Shown: piece after piece, positions 1 to 4,890 of the stretch
Numbering within the stretch: the stretch's first letter is position 1
How the letters are laid out: each line of letters starts with the position of its first letter
Position numbers and translations under genes: made by a program
Origin: an uncultured bacterium
Lineage (GTDB): Bacteria; SAR324; NAC60-12
Direction: 5' to 3'
NCBI GenBank assembly: GCA_965662845.1
Contig: CBFIJD010000001.1
Span: forward strand, 123,286 to 137,842
DNA: 14,557 nucleotides
Notes under the pieces: generated by a model
Databases searched by the model: none
What the model was told of the DNA's origin: nothing
The model's input: the letters and a program-made list of their open reading frames with translations, nothing else

Positions 1-348
1 CGCTCGGTCAAAGAAGTTCCCGATGAATACTACTCCAAATACATCACGCACACGCGAGACGGACACAGCGTCAACGCCAACATTCGCGACAGCATCCGCT
101 TTGAACATCTGAATTTGATGGACGAGAGCGCGATGCAAAGAAATCAAAATTTTGACGCCGTCTTTTGTCGTAACGTCTTGATTTACTTTGATGACCTCTC
201 GCGCCGGACTGTAGTGAACTATCTCTACAATGCTCTGCGCTCTGGCGGATACATTTACCTCGGACACTCAGAGTCCGTGGGACGCATCACTTCCAAGTTT
301 CATCTGCGCCGTTTTAGCAAGGTGCTGGTGTATCAAAAACCCCACTAG
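1..348 (+). CDS. cheR: Chemotaxis protein methyltransferase CheR, C-terminal part (5' end lies outside the window)
   Basis: Frame 1 is open from base 1 (RSVKEVPDEYYSKY...IRFEHLNLMD). It contains the CheR motifs F-x-x-x-NL, FDAVFCRNVLIYFD and GGYIYLGHSES, and ends at TAG 346-348. The ORF-track start at 115 is internal. Confidence 0.93.
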   Translation, partial: RSVKEVPDEYYSKYITHTRDGHSVNANIRDSIRFEHLNLMDESAMQRNQNFDAVFCRNVLIYFDDLSRRTVVNYLYNALRSGGYIYLGHSESVGRITSKFHLRRFSKVLVYQKPH

Positions 349-356
349 GAAGAGCA

Positions 357-719
357 ATGGCGAAGATCTTATTGATTGAAGACGATCGAGATTACCGAGC
401 CATTTTGACACAAACGATCCAGCTGGATGGCCACACCGTCCTCGAAGCAGGAGATGGCGACCAAGGCATTGAAATGTTTGTGCAGCATCGCCCCGACTTA
501 GTGATCACAGATTTGATCTTGCCTTGCCAAGACGGAGTCGGTGTGATTTTGACACTGCGCCAAAAAGATCCGCAGGTGAAGCTCATCGCGATCTCTGGAG
601 GAGGCAACATTGACGGGGTCGATTACCTACAGATGACAACTGATCTGGGAGTGCAGGCGACGTTCGAGAAACCTTTTTCCGGGCGAGAGCTCCTGAAAAA
701 AATCAAGGAACTGGTCTGA
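357..719 (+). CDS. Single-domain response regulator (CheY-like receiver)
   Basis: KILLIEDD acidic pocket, DLVITDLILP phospho-Asp, AISGGG (Ser), EKPF (Lys-Pro). AGGAAGAG-like SD upstream; starts 8 nt after the cheR stop. Confidence 0.92.
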   Translation: MAKILLIEDDRDYRAILTQTIQLDGHTVLEAGDGDQGIEMFVQHRPDLVITDLILPCQDGVGVILTLRQKDPQVKLIAISGGGNIDGVDYLQMTTDLGVQATFEKPFSGRELLKKIKELV

Positions 720-731
720 TATGGGAACCCG

Positions 732-1658
732 ATGAGCATGAAAATTCTCGTAGTAGATGACTCCAGCGCGATCCGCCAGCACTATCGCCGCCTGTTTGAA
801 AAGTCTGGCTTTCGCGTTGGCGTCGCCGAAGACGGGGTAGAGGCCCTGGAACAATTTCGCGCATGCTATGACTCAGAGCCCTTCGACTTGGTGCTGACAG
901 ACCACGTCATGCCCAACATGAACGGAGAAGAGCTCGCACAGACCTTGGCCGCAGAAGCTCAAGACACCCACGTTGTGATGATCTCTGCCGTCGAAGATGT
1001 GTCGCTGATGATGCGGCTCATGCGCATGGGGATTGTCTTCTTCCGCAAGTCTTCCCAAGCCACCGAGCTGCTCAAATACATTGAAAACGCCGCTGAAAAA
1101 ATCCAAACACGACGGCAGGAATCAGAAGTTGAGAGCGATCGCGAGGCGATTGAACCGTTCTTGGTCTCCAGAGGATTTGAAATCGCGCTCCCCAATGACA
1201 TACGCCTCGGACAAACGGCGATTCGTTACGTGCTCAACAAGTTGCAGCAGTACGGCGTAAGTGACCGCATCAAGTTTCGCGCTAATTTTGGGCTAACAGA
1301 AACGATCATCAACGCGATTGCCCATGGCAACCTCAAGATGTCGAGCGCAGAGTTCAAAAAAGACGGTGATTTTGAAGGCTGGCATCAAGAGATTCGCCGC
1401 CGCGCAGCTCTGCCAGAATATCGAGATTTGCAGGTCACCATCTCTGTAGCAGTGCGCTCGGGCAAGAGCGTGAGCCTCACCGTTCGTGACCAAGGCACTG
1501 GCTTTGATCATGAAAAAGCGTTGTCTCAAATTACGTCAGACGATATCTATAAGTCCTACGGTCGTGGCCTCGTCATGCTGCAAGGTATGGCCGATGAATT
1601 ACGCTTCAATGACAGTGGAAATGAAGTGACCATGCGTTTTGCGGAAGAAGAAAGCTGA
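732..1658 (+). CDS. Receiver domain fused to an RsbW/SpoIIAB-like (HATPase_c_2) Ser/Thr kinase / anti-sigma-factor domain
   Basis: N-terminal REC (KILVVDD, DLVLTDHVMP, MISA, RK). C-terminal GHKL motifs: N box ETIINAIAHGN, G1 VRDQGTGFD, G2 YGRGL and terminal GNEVTM. No HisKA H-box seen. The start may be 732 or 738. Confidence 0.85.
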   Translation: MSMKILVVDDSSAIRQHYRRLFEKSGFRVGVAEDGVEALEQFRACYDSEPFDLVLTDHVMPNMNGEELAQTLAAEAQDTHVVMISAVEDVSLMMRLMRMGIVFFRKSSQATELLKYIENAAEKIQTRRQESEVESDREAIEPFLVSRGFEIALPNDIRLGQTAIRYVLNKLQQYGVSDRIKFRANFGLTETIINAIAHGNLKMSSAEFKKDGDFEGWHQEIRRRAALPEYRDLQVTISVAVRSGKSVSLTVRDQGTGFDHEKALSQITSDDIYKSYGRGLVMLQGMADELRFNDSGNEVTMRFAEEES

Positions 1659-1730
1659 CCACGAAAGAACATAGTTTTGCACACGGATGTGATTATTGGG
1701 TAAGGAAGACCGTTTGAAAAAGAGGATGTT

Positions 1731-2744
1731 ATGAGTGTAGGGAAGATTACAGGGCCGAAAAAAGCTGCCATCCTGCTATTGGCGATTGGAGAAGAAGGAG
1801 CTGCTGAGGTGATGAAAAACCTAGAAGAGGCAGAGATTCAGCAGGTCGGCTATTACATGACTCGCTTTAACGACATCAGCTCCGAAGAGCTCGACACCGT
1901 ATTGGAAGAGTTCTACCGCCGATCGGTCTCGGACGACGACTCCTCCGGCCTACAAGCGTCTGGTGATTTCTTGCGAAACGCGCTGAGCAAAGCCGTTGGA
2001 AAAGACAAAGCCGGCGAATTGACCGAGGGGCTCTCTAGCACCCAAGACGAGGCTGGCTTAGACTCGCTGCGCTACATCGACCCGATGATCATCGCGAACT
2101 ACATCCGCAGTGAGCACCCTCAAACCATCGCGCTCGTTCTCTCATATCTGCACAATCAAAACACGGAGCAAGCATCCACAGTCCTGCGCAATTTGCCAGA
2201 GAACCTTCAAACCGACGTAGTCTATCGCATGGCAGTGATCGACAGCATTCCACCAGGGGTCGTCTCGGAATTGAACGACGTCTTCTTTGAAGAGATGAAA
2301 GAGGCGAGCAGCATGGTCACTCGTGTTGGAGGGGTTCAGTCTGTGGCAGAAGTACTCAACTCTGTCGATAAATCGACGGAGACGCGCATTCTGACGACCA
2401 TCGAAGAGAACAACCCCGATTTGGCCGAACAAATCCGCGAATTGATGTTCACCTTCGAAGATCTAACGCTGATTGACAGCAAGCAGATGCAAGTAGTCCT
2501 GAAAGATATTGATAAGTCCGAAGTGGCGATGGCGATGAAAACGGCTAGCGACGCGATCAAAGAACTGATCTTCGCCAGCATGTCCTCACGCGCTGCGGAG
2601 ATGCTGCAAGACGACTTAGAAAACCTAGGGCCCGTGAAGATCTCCGACGTCGAGGGGGCTCAGCAAAAAATCATCAAAATGGTGAAGAAGCTCGAAGAGG
2701 AAGGCAAAATTGTGATCGCCGGTGGTGGTGTGGAGGTGGTGTGA
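1731..2744 (+). CDS. fliG: Flagellar motor switch protein FliG
   Basis: FliG_N (GPKKAAILLLAIGEE), EHPQ motif, GG linker (RVGGV), MFTFEDL, C-terminal MSSRAAEMLQDDLENLGPVKISDVEGAQ; 337 aa; SD AGAGGA upstream. Confidence 0.96.
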   Translation: MSVGKITGPKKAAILLLAIGEEGAAEVMKNLEEAEIQQVGYYMTRFNDISSEELDTVLEEFYRRSVSDDDSSGLQASGDFLRNALSKAVGKDKAGELTEGLSSTQDEAGLDSLRYIDPMIIANYIRSEHPQTIALVLSYLHNQNTEQASTVLRNLPENLQTDVVYRMAVIDSIPPGVVSELNDVFFEEMKEASSMVTRVGGVQSVAEVLNSVDKSTETRILTTIEENNPDLAEQIRELMFTFEDLTLIDSKQMQVVLKDIDKSEVAMAMKTASDAIKELIFASMSSRAAEMLQDDLENLGPVKISDVEGAQQKIIKMVKKLEEEGKIVIAGGGVEVV

Positions 2745-2953
2745 GGTCTGGGAGCGTCCTCTTCATATTGTTCCTTGGATTAGGCGCCTGCAGCACTTCT
2801 GAGCACGACATCTACTTTCAGCAGGGACAACGAGACGAACTCGCCGACCGCGCCTTCAAGCTTTGCCGACATCACAACTACTCCGTTTTAGAGGAGGGAC
2901 CTGTCGGACCTTACGATCACGCTCGTATTGAATGCGGAGAGCCTCCCCGATGA
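2741..2953 (+). CDS. Small putative lipoprotein (70 aa), function unknown
   Basis: GTG start overlaps the fliG TGA (GTGA), with GGAGG at 2732-2736. The sequence has a basic N-terminus, a hydrophobic stretch VLFILFLGL, lipobox LGA-C17 and two further Cys (C42, C65). It fills the gap between fliG and the convergent gene. Confidence 0.7.
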   Translation: MRSGSVLFILFLGLGACSTSEHDIYFQQGQRDELADRAFKLCRHHNYSVLEEGPVGPYDHARIECGEPPR

Positions 2954-3696
2954 AGATCCGCTAAATCAGGAACCGCCAGCCATTCCTCTTCGAGGCACTG
3001 CAAGCTCTGAAGAGTCCCTACATCTCGCCAATACGCCTCTCCTACGTCAAAAACACGAATCGGCTTTCCCTCGGAGACTTGTTGCAAATAAAACGGGACG
3101 ATGCCGAACTTCTCTTCATCTGGAAAATAGGCAAAGATTTCCCGTTCGACAAAGTGAACGCCACAAAACCCCACTTCTTGTAACTCGCCTACGGGTCTGC
3201 GGAGCAACCGGTAGTCTTGCCGAGCGACATAATGAACGCCGCATAGGTTCTGCTTTTCGTCGACCAGAAGCAAATTATTGGTAGGACGTTTTTTGGCAAG
3301 CAAGGTCGCCAGCGGGTGTTCCGTTTGATGAAAGTTCCACGCTGCATACAGATCCATCGTGGAGAAGACATCCACGTTATGCAGTAAAATCGGGGTTGGG
3401 AAAGGCCACATCTTTTCTGTTCGACGAAGACCGCCGCCTGTATCTAACAGCTCTGTCTCGTGGGAAATTTCAATTTGGACATTGGGCAGGCTGACACGTT
3501 CGACGAAATCGTGAATCTGAGGCGCGAGCGCATGGGTATTGATCACCACATGCTCGACACCCAAGCGAGCTAGGCGTTGCAGTATCCATTGTAACGCGGG
3601 TTGGTGGCGGAGCGGGGCGAGGGCTTTGGGGACGGAGTGAGTGAGCGGGGCGAGGCGCGTCCCCCGACCGGCAGCGAAGACGAGGGCTTGTTTCAT
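2917..3696 (-). CDS. Sugar-1-phosphate nucleotidyltransferase, NTP_transferase family (MurU-like)
   Basis: FAAGRGTRLAPLT...PKAL signature, ETELLDTGGGL, LLHNVD, WRDVGT; no C-terminal hexapeptide repeats. ATGA overlap with the dcd stop at 3693-3696. Substrate not determinable from sequence. Confidence 0.85.
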   Translation of the reverse strand: MKQALVFAAGRGTRLAPLTHSVPKALAPLRHQPALQWILQRLARLGVEHVVINTHALAPQIHDFVERVSLPNVQIEISHETELLDTGGGLRRTEKMWPFPTPILLHNVDVFSTMDLYAAWNFHQTEHPLATLLAKKRPTNNLLLVDEKQNLCGVHYVARQDYRLLRRPVGELQEVGFCGVHFVEREIFAYFPDEEKFGIVPFYLQQVSEGKPIRVFDVGEAYWRDVGTLQSLQCLEEEWLAVPDLADLHRGGSPHSIRA

Positions 3697-4220
3697 TTTG
3701 CGCGAAATTCAGGATCGCGGTCTAGGCGGCTGGGGGTTGCGCCATCTTGTTCCAGATACTTCCCTGCATAGGGATTCGCTGCGGTCTCTAACATCTTGAC
3801 AAAGACAATTTGGCAGATACGCACTCCGGGCTGCAGCACAATCGGAAAGGGAGATTGATTTTCCAACTCCAGCGTAATTTGTCCCACAAAACCTGCGTCG
3901 ATAAAGCCTGCGTTTTGCACCTGCAAGCCGAGCCGCCCGATGCTAGAGCGACCTTCGACATAGGCGGCCATATCATCCGGAATGCGAATACGCTCCTGAG
4001 TCGTAGCGAGCACGAAGTGATTGGGAGCCAGTTCATAGCAGTTGGAGGTCGTAGATTGGTACTCAACATGCTCACCAAGGACAATCTTCTGTTGCGAAGG
4101 ATTCGGCCAGCTAAAGGAATCCCCTAACGTAAGATCGACGCTGGAAGGGCCAATTTTTACGTTTTCGGGCAAAAATCCATCGGCAACCATTTTTTTAAGA
4201 TACGTATCGGGAACAATCAT
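3693..4220 (-). CDS. dcd: dCTP deaminase (possibly bifunctional dCTP deaminase:dUTPase)
   Basis: PSSVDLTLG, EGRSSIGRLGL, AGFIDAGFVGQITLELEN, RICQIVF and YAGKYLEQ motifs of the trimeric dCTP deaminase family; 175 aa. Confidence 0.93.
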   Translation of the reverse strand: MIVPDTYLKKMVADGFLPENVKIGPSSVDLTLGDSFSWPNPSQQKIVLGEHVEYQSTTSNCYELAPNHFVLATTQERIRIPDDMAAYVEGRSSIGRLGLQVQNAGFIDAGFVGQITLELENQSPFPIVLQPGVRICQIVFVKMLETAANPYAGKYLEQDGATPSRLDRDPEFRAK

Positions 4221-4256
4221 AAGCGTGCTGTATCAAACTTTGAGTTAGGAGCGACG

Positions 4257-4508
4257 ATGCGACAACCGGGAGAAGTGGGAAATTTGATTGCTGATTTCAA
4301 GGAGACTTGCTCTGCCTGTAGCGGGGGTGGGGTTCAAGTTGGCTATGCTGAAATTGACACGCTGCGTGCAAACATCGGCGGGAAATGTCTTTACTGCGGA
4401 GGTAAGGGGTACACGTTGACCCAACTTGGAGAAGATCTCTTTGATTTGTACCGGCCTCTGATTCAAGAGCTCATTCGCGATGAGTTCAAGCGTCGTCGTC
4501 AGGATTGA
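4257..4508 (+). CDS. Small zinc-finger protein with two CxxCxGxG motifs, anti-TRAP (RtpA)-like
   Basis: CSACSGGG and CLYCGGKG, followed by YTLTQLGEDLFDLYRPLI. Strong SD (AGGAG) 5 nt before the ATG. Fits the gap between dcd and the PilZ gene. Confidence 0.8.
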   Translation: MRQPGEVGNLIADFKETCSACSGGGVQVGYAEIDTLRANIGGKCLYCGGKGYTLTQLGEDLFDLYRPLIQELIRDEFKRRRQD

Positions 4509-4867
4509 TCTTCTTGCAGTAAGTATTGTAGCTCGTGCTCTGTGTTCTCGAGATCCTCTTGATTGAAGTCAATGAGGCTGCGGAGATGGATCATGCTGTC
4601 TAAGTCCATCTCTACAAACTTACATCCGAGGCAATGATCGAAGATTCTGATGACGCGCGTCTTGATCTCAAGAGCTACGCTCGATTGATTCAGGCGAATG
4701 CGCACTAAGATCAGATCTTCGATGGACAACCTCTGCGCGGCGGCTTCGCTTTCCAGCAAGACCCCGTGCAACGACACGTTGAGCAGCGTAACGTCTAGGT
4801 GCTTCCCTTCGAATTCTATCTGAGTGTTGGCGTTGTAAGAAACGCGACGAAACTGGCGTTTGTTCAT
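4499..4867 (-). CDS. Single-domain PilZ c-di-GMP-binding protein, MapZ/PA4608-like
   Basis: RxxxR (RQFRR) and (D/N)xSxxG (NVSLHG) are both intact; C-terminal helices DLDSMIHLRSLIDFN...EHELQYLL. Confidence 0.9.
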   Translation of the reverse strand: MNKRQFRRVSYNANTQIEFEGKHLDVTLLNVSLHGVLLESEAAAQRLSIEDLILVRIRLNQSSVALEIKTRVIRIFDHCLGCKFVEMDLDSMIHLRSLIDFNQEDLENTEHELQYLLQEDQS

Positions 4868-4890
4868 TCAAACCCCTGGGGTGATCGAGT

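Noticed and set aside
1665..1681. Sigma54-like element upstream of fliG (AGAACATAGTTTTGCA)
   Set aside because: The -12 TTGCA is present but the near-invariant -24 GG is GA.
2721..2743. GGT-rich repeat at the end of fliG
   Set aside because: It encodes GGGVEVV and doubles as the SD of the next gene.
3598..3655. 13-bp direct repeat GAGCGGGGCGAGG (3610-3622, 3643-3655) and G-runs suggesting a quadruplex
   Set aside because: It is explained by the peptide LAPL occurring twice in the nucleotidyltransferase signature region. There are only two copies and the loops between G-runs are long.
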